Assembly: GCF_037042905.1 (NCBI RefSeq)
Contig: NC_087250.1
Coordinates: forward strand, 27,778,001 to 27,842,000
Source of the DNA: Lytechinus pictus
Lineage: Eukaryota
Direction of reading: 5' to 3'
DNA length: 64,000 bases
Shown here one piece after another: positions 25,238 through 40,163 of the stretch. The notes below the pieces were generated by a model. The model was not told the origin of the DNA. It was given only the letters and a program-made list of their open reading frames with translations, and made no database searches. Numbering within the stretch: the first letter of the stretch is position 1; every line of letters begins with the position of its first letter. The position numbers were made by a program, and so were the translations under genes.

Positions 25238-27667
25238 TCCAAAAGTAAAGCAAAGATAATCGGCCTCTTTGAAATTGAACGGTTGTTATCTATAGCACAT
25301 GTTATCTCAACGACCTCGATTATAACTTTTAATCGTTAATACTTTTAAATAAGTTAAGGCTTCCTCTCGCTAGGAGTACAAGTGTGAGAAAGTTCAATGG
25401 GGGTGGGGCGTGGAGGCCTAGCATGGGAGATGCGTACTAAGATAAACACAATAGAAACGCTGTTTAACTTTTAAACAGCGTTTTTACAGTGAGGGGTAAG
25501 ATAGTCACGTAACAGAAGTGTATACGAGAAACAAGATGGGTTTAATGTCCCGACTAAAATAATTTATTGATAGAAAATTTAAAAATCAATAAGCGTTAAT
25601 GAGTAAACATTAAATTTATAACTAAAAAACTAACAATTTCTATAAGTTGGTAGGATTTAAGGTAGGGTTAAAGCGTTTATTTAAAAAAATACAAAAAAAA
25701 ATACAAAATACAAAATACAAAATACAAAAATATTAGTTTAAGTTACTAACAATCTCCATCTCCCTCTCTCCCTTAACCTTTAACAAAGACTTCCAATGAA
25801 CTCCTATAGCAAGTTTTGAATTTAATCTAAAATGACGATAATGATACTTATGTAACAAAAGTGTACACTTTTCGCCAAGGCCAAAAAGCCAATCAAATTC
25901 TGCTCTATTACAGGCACAAAACGCCAGCCAAATTTGCCATCTAAGCAGGCACAAAATTACCTCATCAAATTGCTCTCCTCAAGGGAACCAAAAAGCCACC
26001 AAAATTTACGACCTCCCCGGGCAAAATTCATAATAATCAATATTGATCTTCCTGGGCAATTACGCTCCAAACATAATTTTGCTTACTAGCGTCACGACGT
26101 GACGGCAGATGTTAAAATGTGAAATAAACATATTCAGTGGGGGTTTGCAAAAGTCTCTCACAGTTTTTCCAGAGTAATTTTGGTCACAATCTCTGTTTTT
26201 TTCTCCTGGATTGACTTGTCGCAACAAGATAATGAAAATTGATTTGAAAAATAATATTACCATATAAGACCCATAAATAACTCTTATTATAACACCATGA
26301 TAATAGATGGTGCATGAAAATAACACCATGAAAACATAAATGGTGCATCAAAATTAATATAACACCATGTTTTCATAAATGGTGCATAAATATCAAAAGC
26401 TGGCACAAAAGCCAATCAAAATTCATTTTTCAGGCATTAAAGCCAAATAAAAATTTAAGTTATTAGCTGGCACAAATAGTCAAATTGACTTACGTGCCAA
26501 TAAAAATAAAATAATAGATAGATAGATCTCGTCACTTCGACGCTGGCGGAGGTCGGAGTCGGACGAAGAACTCCCTGCGCTCCTCTCCAACTGGGCTGAA
26601 TCAAGAAAAGGTTTGGAAATGAACATTGCTCGCTTAATTTCTACTATTGCAAATACAATTCTGGATAATTGGTGACGGTGTTAAAGGTGATAACATGTAA
26701 GAGATGCTGAATGTATAATTAAATTATGACCGTTGTCATAAACCAAATGTAATCATCGTCTCCAACCTGTGTGATCTATGGAATCCCTATTGACTTCTAC
26801 AGTATAAGCCTTCCCATAGAGATTATACAGCTCCAATAGAAATCCCCTGTAATTCTATATTTCACCTGTTCACACTACCTCTCAACACTCCACCCCCATA
26901 TATTTTGGGAAAACGGAACACGCCCGGGTCTCTACATAACGCCATACGGAAACCGCTCGCATTAAGGATGGCTAGCAATTCATCAACAGATGAAGGTGAT
27001 AGAGGCAAGGAACAGGCCGGCCCCCCAGCATCTAGGACCCGATCCAAGACGGAGGGCCGCCACAGTATATTCATGAAGACATGCAGAGGCCCGTCTCATC
27101 AGAACAATGAAAGTGCTTAAAATATCAAAAATCTATCATTTCTTATCCGGTTTCAATGACATTGTCAGTATTTTAATTGTCTCATTTTACTTTTTCTATT
27201 CAAATCATATTATATCCAAGCCTAGAGTACCCCCTCTAAGCTTCCTTTCTTAGGCACGTCAACCCACATGAAATAATAATATTTGTTGACAACGAAACTA
27301 CATAATTTTTATCATGTCATCTCTGCCTTCCAGAAGGTGTACGTTGTTCATTGAATCACATGGATCCTTTTAATTTATACAGTCTTTTATATATCTATAT
27401 GATACACTGAAATATGAAGAGTTAATGGACGAGGTGTAATGTTTAATACTTAATTCTTATATTGCCCCCTTTCCTGTCCAAACGACGGTGTAATATTCGC
27501 AACAATCACCCTCATGAACATTTGGTATTTGCATACTATACCAGCATGCTGACAATCACCATGTAGAAGCATGCTCATTATAACTGTAACGTTAAATATT
27601 TTTAAAATGATATGTTATTTTTCCTGTTTAACCATCCTTGTGATCCCATACAGAGTGTTGTGCATAT

Positions 27668-28668
27668 GAAGAGTTTAGTTACAAAAGGGGTTAGGTCCAC
27701 TATGGACCATTTCGAGTAAAAACCATGTTTTTTATTCTCACTTATGTAATGTTAAGTTGGTGGAATGACACTGTATATCACTGAGATGGACACGTGACTG
27801 ATTGAACTCTCAAATAACAAGTTTATTAACAACAACTCGGAGCCGTAGTTCTTACATCTCGGTTACATGTAGCGTTGCCTAGCAACCCATAGCAACCACT
27901 TAGCAACCACGCGCATGCGTAAACATATATCATAACATGACAACTTGGTGCAATATTCTTATGAGAAACTAAATTATCATGATGTACTGCTCTATCACGT
28001 GAACATAAAATTGGGTATAAAAGAAATCTACCTGCCTTCAATTTTTTTCTATATATTCTTTTAAAAATCATAATTGTGGACCTACCCTCTTTTGCAACTA
28101 AACTGAAATGAATCCAATCTATTTTGACTAAAGAAGTGATTGTTTCATTGCCACTTTTATTCACGTTTTCATGAAAATTTCAAATTTTCTTTGTTTTCAT
28201 TAGAGCAACAAAAAATTTAGAGGTTTTGAGACAGAAAACAATAAAATTTATGAAAAATGGACCTAACCCCTTTTGACAAATGAGCTCTTCAGAAGAGTTT
28301 GTTTGCATAAGGGGTTAGGTCCACTCCAAATAAAAAAATCATTTTTTAAATTCTTCCATATTGCAATATTCTTATGCGAAACTAAATTTTAATGATACCC
28401 TACCATGATAACATAAAATTGGTTATAAAAGAAATCTACCTGTCTTCATCTTTTTCATGATATTCTTTTCCCCCAAAAAAATCTGTATGGACCTAACCCC
28501 TTTTGAAAAAAAGTGTAATTTTTCTTTGCCATTTTAGTTCGATTTTTAATAGGAATTTCAACTTTTCTTTGGTATCATCTTATAGAGCTACTAAAAATCT
28601 ACACATTGAGACATAAAAATCAAATTTGATGAAAAATGGACCTAACCCATTTTCCAAGTGAGCTCTTC
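27668..28668. mobile_element. Head-to-tail pair of MITEs with GAAGAG...CTCTTC ends (27668-28290 and 28292-28668)
   Basis: Each unit has gaagagttt...aggggttaggtcca / tggacctaaccc...gagctcttc inverted ends. The pair is flanked by ATAT on both sides. Confidence 0.75.
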
Positions 28669-28769
28669 ATATACATCGGAAGTGATCGACGGAAATATGC
28701 AAATAAATGTTCAAGTTGATCTAGGGACTGATACAGGATGTAAAACTGCATGTTCAAAACTTGTAGATT

Positions 28770-28833
28770 ATATTCACATTCGTCCACAAAGTGAACAGAG
28801 ACAGAGGGTGTGAACTTGAAATTATCGGTAAGT
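28770..28833 (+). promoter_or_regulatory. Candidate non-coding 5' exon and splice donor for TRIM-like copy 2
   Basis: ...acttgaaattatcg|GTAAGT at 28828; motif conserved in four paralogous modules; octamer ATGCAAAT at ~28698. Exon start is approximate. Confidence 0.5.
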
Positions 28834-30699
28834 TTTGATAATTAGGAATACCCTAATCCGTATTTTCTTCTCATTTTTCCGTATTGATAAACTGGAGAAC
28901 ATGTAAGCTAATACTACATAATCCTGAATCATTTCATATGAATTTATAGGCCTACTTTATTAACACTTGGGATACGAGAAATTTCCTAGTCAATAGAAAA
29001 TCGAATCTAAACATAATCTTGCTGTAGCCTATAACATTGACACTATAAATGTTAGAGGTGAGAGAATTCAAAATATAAGTATGATAAGAGATGAAGAAGG
29101 ACAATTTTATTAGGACTCGAACATTTGTTAATAGAGATAATGAGGGTGACTTTTGCATGTGGTAAACGAATGTGGTGAAAGAAATAATTTTCGTTCTCGC
29201 TGATGTATGACTTTCTGTGATAATACAGCACCCCCCCCATGGTTATGCACGTGATCAGTAAATTACAAAGAAACATGTTTGAAAGTCTCCGTTTCTTTTA
29301 ATTTTTCGTTGTTCTTCCTTAATTGGAACCATAGTAGAATATAAAGTTCACTATCAAACCGTATTCACAAAAACAAATAAACGTTGTTTCTGTCTTTTCA
29401 ATATGAGACACTACACTCAAAGCAAAATATACAAAATTAGAAGAGATGTATTGTGTATCAACATGTTTATTGTAAACTGATGTTTCATACATATTTTGCC
29501 CATGCAACCAGCTAACTGTGACACCTCATCCCTCTCTTTCCTCTCTCTCTTTCTTTCTTGTATCACTATAATCAATATGTAAAAGAGAGAGCTCTGGGGC
29601 TAGGCCCACCCCAAAAGTTCAAGCACCAAGATAAAATTGAGAAAGAGAAAGAAAGGAAAGGAAGAGGTGTGAATTATATACACATATTTTTTCTTAATTT
29701 TCTTATTTTCTTATTATTTTTTATCTATCAGAAAATAAGCTATCCTCTTTTGCTCCCTTTCTTTACTCCGTTTAATGACCTTTTTATCTTTTGGACAATG
29801 TTTGGCCCCCTCATTTTGTTGTTGGTTCATCACCGCATTGGCACAAGGCTTTTATATTTGACAAAAGTTTCTGAAACTGTGATCAAAAAAACAATTTTTG
29901 TTCTAATATCATTCAGACTAAAAATATTCCTTCTGGATAAAAATGAAGGGAAATTATAAAACTAATCAGCATTTGTAATAATTATCTACTGTATTATCAT
30001 AATAGTACAAAACAATTGAATCATATTGGATGGTTCAGAACGGAATATCAGAGATATTTCAATAGTTTTGTATAGTAGCCTGTATGGTATGCGGAGGATA
30101 TCAGTCCTTGGTTCAATATGCTGTCATATTAAACAGACAACTGATTCAGACAAAAATACACATTAAAAATGCATCGCTAAAACCATGGACCGTAGTAGGT
30201 TCCATGCTAAAACACTCTGTAGATTACAATCCTTGATATCAGTATTAATGATATATGACCAGTATTGTCAAAGACATGGTCAGTTATTAAATGTTATTTT
30301 CATCTACGTTATTATCATTCTTATTATAGTTATGGTGACTTTGATTTTTCGTTATCATAATCAAAATTATTACCATAAATGGTGACAATTATAATAATAA
30401 TAATAAAGTAGGTGGCCCTAATGGTACTATTATTATGGTAATATTCACCATCAACGTTATCTAACATACACAATGATAAAACATTTAAGTTTCATGCAGA
30501 AAAGTCTATAGAAAGTACAAATAAAAAAGGCTTTGAAAATGCCTTGAAATTTCAAGGCTCAAAATCCTCAAGGCCTGAAAGTCCAAGGCCAAGGCATCGA
30601 ACAAGTTGGCCTTAAGGCGCTTGAAGGCCATGGTCGAGCATCAAGGCACTACAACAATGGTTCTTGATTACAAAAAATGCTTTTAAACTTTCCAAATTT

Positions 30700-33480
30700 T
30701 AGGTCAGGATGTCAATTTTCAGCTTCGTTTTTTGCTCGCTTCAATAATGTTTAGATGTCTGTTTACCCATCCCAGTTTAAAAGTCGAAAAAAAAAAAATC
30801 ACAGCTCTCTCTCTTCTCGCTCGTATCAGAAGGTTAGTAAGAAAGCTACTTTGCTAATATTTAAACAAAATGCTAAAAATTCCGAATTTAACAATCGGAA
30901 AATTTTTTGATCATCGCGTCACGTAATCAAATGTCCAAGATTTAGTGTCGATCTTTGTATGTTGGTAATTCTCTTATTGATGCAAAGCCCAGTGTACGGA
31001 ACCTTGGTGTTCAATTTAATTCTGAAATGTCATTGGCTTCCCATGTGAATTTGACATGTAGAAATGTGTATTTTCAAATTCATAATATTAATAGTATTAG
31101 AAAATCCATGTCCACAAATGTAACTTTATCTGTTTTACATTCATACATTATTTCTCGTTTAGACTATGGCAATGCGCTGTTGTTCAACGCTAACAACGAT
31201 CAGATCCGCAAGCTTCAAAGAGTGCAAAATGCCGCTGCCCGATTTCTTAGTAAAACTTCTGAAAGAACTTCACTGGTTGCCTGTGGTGGAGAGAATAAAA
31301 TTCAAGATTTTGTTGCTTACATGGGACGATTATAAATGGTTGTGCTCCTCATTATCTTAACGATCTTATCTCTGAATATGTACCCTCTAGAAATTTAAGA
31401 TCTTCAGGGACCGGGTTGTTGACAACTCGTAGAATCAAATGCTCATTTGGTGAAAAAGCTTTTGCTCATTGTGCTCCAACTTTGTGGAATGCACTCTCAT
31501 CAACAATACGCGATGCCAAATCTATAGAGTCATTCAAAGCCAACCTTAAAAAACATAGATCTATTCTCATCATATTTCAAATAACACCCCCTTCTGTTTA
31601 ATAATTCCCTCTTCGCCTCTGAATAGGAAACTAGATAGAAGGCGCACTCTAAATGCTATTAAAATAAAAATGTTCAGCTTGCGATTTGCGCTCGTATAGA
31701 ACGTGTCAATAGATAGCTATCGTCTTAAGGATTACAAAACTTAATTTCAAATGTTTAGTCTGAAAATGAAAATTTCAAGCTTATGCTTCGCCCTCGCATT
31801 AATATTGTTTAAATAAATAATATCATGTTTTTGTTTGCAAAATTACTTATTGCTCACATTGATTGGTAGGATATGTATTCTTCTCATGTGTTACATGGAA
31901 ACATTCATTAACAGGTAGCTTTTCAGATCATTATAGTAACATTTTCAACTCCCGCTCGCAATATCCTCTACATTAGCCACTGTAAAACTGTTATTATTAA
32001 CTCCCTTTTTAGATTAGTGTATTGAAATTTTGGCTCGCGCTTCGCGCTCCCATAAATTATTTAGTTACATACCCATATTGTTAATGATAATTTAACAACT
32101 GCTCAGAATATATCACTATACATGAAATATAAAAAAAAAATAGCTCGCGCTTTGTGCTCGCGTTATTTCTTAATGCCTTATCCTGCTATCTTGTGTGGAA
32201 CACCAAATCTGAAATGAATTAAAACTTCAGTCTTTCGAGAGGAATACCCCTAAAAATTAGCTCTTGGCAGCTAATCGGAATAAAAATATATTTGTTTCTG
32301 CCGATCATTATTATTGTAAGATAATGTGTTCTTTCCCCGGATAACAAAAAATTATTATTACATACGCATATTGTTCATGAACAAAAAAAAACCAACTGCT
32401 CAGAATATCAAAGTTTATATCACTATACATGAAATATTAAAAAAAAAATAGCTCGCGCTTTGTGCTCGCGTTATTTCTTAATGCCTTATTCTACTATCTT
32501 GTGTGGACGCACAAACCTGAGATGTAGTTAAAACTTCGGTCTTTTGAGAGAAATACCCCTAAAAATTAGATCATGGCAGCTAATCGGAATAAAAATATAT
32601 TTGTTTCTGCCGATCATTATTATTGTAAGATATGTGTTCTTTTCCCCGGATAACAAAAAATTATTAAGCTCTTGCTTTAGCTTTAGATTCCCATCATCCA
32701 TTAGTGAGATAATTATATCCTCTCAACAATTTTTATGCCTCTTAAAAAGTGTTCAAAGGTTTCCACTTTTGGTCACTATAATAAAATTTTCACCTTGCGC
32801 TTTGGACTCGCATCAATCATAAAATTAAGATACACAAATTGTTCTTTATTTTAAAAACGTGCTTAAACTTTTCAATTTTCAGATGGGAATATGAAAATAT
32901 CCCAGCTCGCACCCCAAGTTTGTATGGCTTAATTAATCATGCTTAAAAAATTCAATTTTCAGTATAGATAAAAAAAAGAAAAATCAGCTCGCACTTGGCA
33001 CTCGCATCAATTTTTTTATTATAAAGGCATCTTATCTTGAATGATTATACGCGACCACAAAGCGTGAGCTGCATTTATTTTTTATTCTAACCTGAAAAAC
33101 GAAAATGATCTTTTTCATATTATTATAGAAAATTTCAGCTCGCACTTCGCGCTCACATTTTTTGTATTTATCCCTTGTTAGACACCTTACCGTGTTTTTG
33201 AGAATAAATCTCATAATTTATTTAACTTCGGACGGTTTCTACAAAACATATTTATTTTGGTGCCCCCTACAAATGTTCAAGCAGCCCCCCCCCCTCCCAG
33301 CTGAATTAAGTCTCAGATACGCCATTGCCTTTAAGATAACATTAATTCCAAGGGATGTTATCAATAATATTTCTAACCTCCCGCTTACACAATTCTAGGC
33401 CTACTCTGATTAAAAAATACATGAAATTGAAACCCCCAAATACTTAAAACACAAATCACTCGCGCTTTGCGCTCGCATTA
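30700..33480. repeat. Dispersed repeat with recurring agctcgcgcttcgcgctcgc motifs, including a ~300-bp tandem duplication (32067-32665)
   Basis: Motif recurs at ~32035, 32143, 32451, 32987, 33137 and 33459; reverse-complement copies at 38455-38910. Confidence 0.7.
30955..31665 (+). mobile_element. Degenerate L2-group LINE 3' fragment
   Basis: SVRNLGVQFNSEMSL...SRLDYGNALL...KLQRVQNAAAR...LKELHWLPVVERIKFKILLL...FAHCAPTLWNAL, spread over three frames. Confidence 0.88.
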
Positions 33481-34312
33481 ATTCTTTTTGAAGAAAAAGT
33501 GACATTACATATATTATATATATGTGGATTTATTTCCTTCATGAAAATATGATTAGAAATAGTGGTCTTCAAATGCCGTGTTTTATGTGACTAGGAAATA
33601 AAATAATTCAACACGCATTTAAAGCACTTTTCTTGCTCGGCGGGGAGGGAGGAGGCGTATTTTTTTCTCTCTAAAATGGCACCAAAATCAGGTCAGGTTT
33701 CTGCCCCTCCCTATACGAAATCCCAGATCTTATTATCATTATTCTATACATGAGGAATTTCGTATATCATTTTTTACAATGAAAAGAGCCTTTAGACTTT
33801 TTTCTCTTCGAACATTTAAATTTCGCTGTAACTTATGCTCACTGCATGTACTAAATTTGTGCCCTAAACATACTAGACATCTTTTTGACGTTGTTTGTCG
33901 TTTTCTCTACGCACTATCATAATCTATTTCCAAAATTCTTTGCAATTTGAGCACTGATCGACGTTTATCATGAGCTAAAAATAAAAACCATACCACCTAA
34001 TATGTTTATACACTGCACCTCTTCGTGTATTCGTGTTTAATAATACATTATACAAGGATCTCAATTCAACTAAAGGAAAAAAAAAAGTATTAAATTAAGT
34101 GTTGTTTTATCGGTTCACAAAACAACGCAAGAAAAATTAAGATTAAATCTGAGAACACTTTCACTGTAAAGGTTTCTGAGAAAGCGAGAGAATGTTTAAT
34201 ATACCCTCGTAATTTTTTGATCAAATGTTTCTTGAGTTCATTTTAACTTTTCTTGCGTTTTTTTTTTATTTTTTTTTTTTAGGTAGGCTACTGTCCCTAT
34301 TTTATCTTCGTC

Positions 34313-37168
34313 ATGGCGTCTAAGTTCCCAAAAAAGAAGGGTGGAGAGGACGAGCTTCGTACAAGGAAAGGTCATGACATGAAATGGTCATGTGACAAGC
34401 ATGGTGAGCCAATCAAATTTTACTGTAAGAAACACAAAATTCCTATTTGTCATCCATGCGCTACCAAAGATCACAGTCAAAAACCATAGCAGCTAGACGA
34501 CATCGAGGATGTCATCTTCGAAAGGAGGAGACAGCTAGATGAAAAACGGCCAAAAATACAGGAACTTCAGAAACAATTGGACGCCCTCAATGGGAAAATA
34601 AAGACTGTGTCAACGTCTGGAAGTACTCATCTTCGGAAAATTAACAACAACATTCAAGATTCATATCACGACAAGATCGAATCTGTTGGAGAAAAGGAGA
34701 ACAGGATGATTAGGGTTATTAACGAGGAGACAGATGAGGAAATAAGACTCGTAAATGAGAAGAGAGAAAAACGGATCAAGGATTGCAACACCGAGAGAGA
34801 AAATGAGCGACAAATCATCAAAGACAAAAAAGCAAAACTTTTATCAGATGCAAAGAAAATCAGCGAAGTTGTTTCTAAGAAGATCAAAGATCTTGCTAAT
34901 AAGAATCAGCATGTAATAAACACTGTAAAGAACATTGAATCAACCATCAAACGTATAAACCAACATGATGAAACATTGGTGAATGAAGCTCCTCAAGTAC
35001 TTGCATCTATTAATGAAAATTTAAGTTTGAATGTTCATCAAGATGTTAGCGACTGTCTTGACCGAATACAGAATGAAGTTGAGAGAGTGAAGTTTGTAGA
35101 GGGGGAAGTAGGTGGAGAATACTATGGTAAAATTGATGGATATATCGGTAAATGGGAAATTGTCAAGTCAATCCACATTCCATCGGTTGTTAATTACCCG
35201 TTGGTGCATGGTTTAGTCAGTGATGATGAGATATGTGTTCAGGACACAGATAACAATGCCATGTATATTACAAACATCAACACTCAACACACAGAGAAAG
35301 TCATTGATGGAGGTGTGTTTATTACATCATGTGCGCCCATAGACAGTAACGTAATAGTATGTGGTAAGGAGAGAGATGATTTCACGGGTGACAGGTTGGA
35401 TGGATGCATCACTCTCTATGACAGACAATGGAAGGTGATTAGAGACATCAGCATACCAAGGAATGGAGACGATCGTGTGTATGTTGATGTTGACAGGGAT
35501 GGGATGATCATCGCTGCTCAGTGGGATCAGTCTAATATCTACGTCATCAATCCTGCTGATGATAAGATAGTAAACACTATTACGATGCAGGGTAAGAAGG
35601 TGTGGGATGGGATACAAGCCTTGTCATCAGGTGATATCGTTGTGAAGACAGATCATTATGAATACACTGTCATCTCACGATCAGAAGAACGGAAGGCTGT
35701 CATACACTGTGATGAGTGGGACTGGTGGTCACCAACGAACGTAGAGGGCAGCAACACACAAGCGTGTTGCTCTAAGGAAGGTCAACTCAATACGCGCATG
35801 CAGCTGAGGTACGCGCATATTTTATCATTTATGCCAACGAAATCATACGCCGATCAAATACAACAACAAATTAGTAGCGATCACGAAAACAATATGAAAG
35901 AATATGACTACAACGATATCAAAGATAACATTAAAAAATTATGTTGGACAATATACATACATTTAAAAACATACGTTGATATTTAAAACTTTACAAATAT
36001 AAGTTTTAGAAACTAAATCATTACCAAATCGGTGATTGTTGTTATCAGCGATTTCACCAGACGGCTGTATTAGGTGATTTGCGTCGAGACGATTTTGTGA
36101 CCACTCGCAAAGCATTTCGGGATTGAATATGACCACCTTATTTTCTCTGAGCTCTTCGCTGAACCCATCATCACAGTGCAGCTGCAGCGCAGCGCGCAGC
36201 CAATGCAATGCATCCGATGCGTGGGTTGTTTTTTTCACCGTCCATGCCATGGTCTCGGACTCGGAGTTGAAATTTAGACCCGGATTTCGGGGATACAGCG
36301 CCTTTATTTCAGATTTATAGACTTAAAAGTCAAATGACATTTAAAATTTGAAATCTAACCTTGAACAATCATCGTTGATAAACATCAGCCCTGAAGCAAT
36401 TGCACTTCAATTCAGACTAGGCAAATTGGACGTCATTGTCTATGTTGCTAGAAGGTCTATGACGAGTCGCCTGAAGCCCCAGCGCATCATCAACGTCACT
36501 AGCTAGCTGCGCGACCGGCCCAGACTCGGCGCACCCAGGCCAGAAAAATGACCTCGATTATTACGGTGGTTGTCTATGCATTTATTAGTGGTGCAGCGAA
36601 ATTCAGCAGAAGAAAATAAGAGATATGAGGTATCCTCGTCATAGACTTAATATTCCAAAATGAGGAAAAATGTCAAAATCATGATTATTTAAGCTAAATA
36701 TTTTCTTTAAAAATAAAAGTAATATCTTTAATATTTATACCCAGAATAACCGATCTAATAATTGTTCATTAAAAAATATTTGAAATTAACAAATGAAAAA
36801 AAATCAACTCGACTAATTTCTCAAAACCCCACCTTATTTTTTAAAGTGGTCACAAAATTCGAGCGGAGTTGACCTTCCTTAGAGCAACACGCTTGTGTGT
36901 TGCTGCCCTCTACGTTCGTTGGTGGTCACAGTGCCGCGTTGACAAACTGACAGACACACTCTACATCGCGTACTGGGATGGAGCGCGTAATACCATCGCA
37001 GTTGATCAGGTGTCACGTGATGGTATCATCCAGGCAAGGAGGATCGTGGAATACGTGAAATCAGATCGCTTTCACTGGTTCAGCCCTTGTCTTGTTACTC
37101 CTTCTGGTAACCTTGTAGGATGTGATGGGGACAAACTTCATCTTTACAAGAAGACATTAATCTTGTGA
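34313..37168 (+). pseudogene. TRIM-like copy 2, pseudogene (552 codons when repaired)
   Basis: ATG at 34313 after a poly-T AG acceptor at 34282; in-frame TAG at 34487-34489 (TGT in copy 1); transposon inserted at 35733-36921; frame resumes to TGA at 37168. Confidence 0.92.
35733..36921. mobile_element. Young non-autonomous DNA transposon, 1189 bp (P- or hAT-like)
   Basis: Perfect 56-bp TIRs (35733-35788 / 36866-36921) starting CAACGAACG; 8-bp TSD GTGGTCAC (35725-35732 / 36922-36929). Confidence 0.92.
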
Positions 37169-37905
37169 ATCATCCACACTATAAATAATAACTTGTGACA
37201 TTTTGTAAGAAAAAAAAATAGATCACTGATTGCATTGTTTGTGCTTGATTTCATTGTGTTTCCAATCCACTCTTTGTGTTGATTTTATCGTGAGAAACAA
37301 AAGAAGAAAATGTTGTAATTAAAACATTGATGGATATTACGAATGTTAAGTAACAAGAATTTAAACCTCATAAATATCGATGTTTGATATAAAATTATCC
37401 TTATTCATTCATATGATAATGGACTTGAGGAGAATAGACATAATTTACCCCCCCCCCCCCCCGGCCTATAAATCCGCTCGAAATCAGTTTAATATGCTTC
37501 CTAATCATTTGTATGATGGGGTGTCCAAACTTCGCGCACTTTTCAAAAATATTCATCAGGCTTAATTTTGTTCACAAAATATTCATAATTTATACAAAAC
37601 CAATTCAAGAAATAGTTACCACATTGACGGCAAGATCGTGAACTATAAAATCATGGACGAAAATGTAAAGTAGGTCAAGGGGTTTCGCCGGTATCGCGAT
37701 CTCAAAATTCTATTCCGATCGGCGAATGCGGGCTGTGCTGGAAAACCGTTCAGAAAAAAGTGACCTAACTTCGCGCACCAAAGCTTTTGTGGAGATTTAA
37801 ACAAAAACTCAAGTTCAAAAAGTGAAAAATTAAATCAGATTGATGGCAAAATGCTATGGAATCGGTTAGTACCACATTTAACTCACATTTTTGATGATTT
37901 CTGCT

Positions 37906-40163
<2,258 letters not shown>

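Larger units (their letters stand above)
21731..26525 (+). mobile_element. I-group (I/Nimb-like) non-LTR retrotransposon with an internal deletion removing the APE endonuclease
   Basis: 10-bp TSD ATCTCGTCAC (21721-21730 / 26526-26535); AATAAA and (TAGA)n tail at ~26499-26525; ORF1, an RT/RNase H ORF and a ~1.3-kb 3' UTR. Confidence 0.9.
21604..27064 (+). mobile_element. Solo LTR (~656 bp: 21604-21730 plus 26536-27064) interrupted by a LINE
   Basis: TGTAGCG...CGCCACA termini, 4-bp TSD GTAT (21600-21603 / 27065-27068), TATAAATA at 21697. The paralogous empty site ttcatt-gcat-attcatg lies at 53570-53587. Confidence 0.82.
17780..28935 (+). repeat. Segmental duplication block, paralogous to 43260-45430 and 49280-55100
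   Basis: Collinear shared sequence: 17810-19130 vs 43268-44570, 18870-21603 vs 49288-53579, 27065-27667 vs 53576-54610, and 28820-28935 vs 54980-55100. Confidence 0.9.

Noticed and set aside
21604..27064. Single novel element combining LINE ORFs with TG...CA ends
   Set aside because: An inner 10-bp TSD and tail show that a LINE is nested in a separate TG...CA element.
34577..35986. Intact 469-aa gene
   Set aside because: It starts at TTG after a nonsense codon and reads into transposon sequence; it is part of the pseudogene.
35963..36320. Transposase or THAP remnant inside the 1189-bp element
   Set aside because: Short ORFs without a convincing C2CH or DDE motif.
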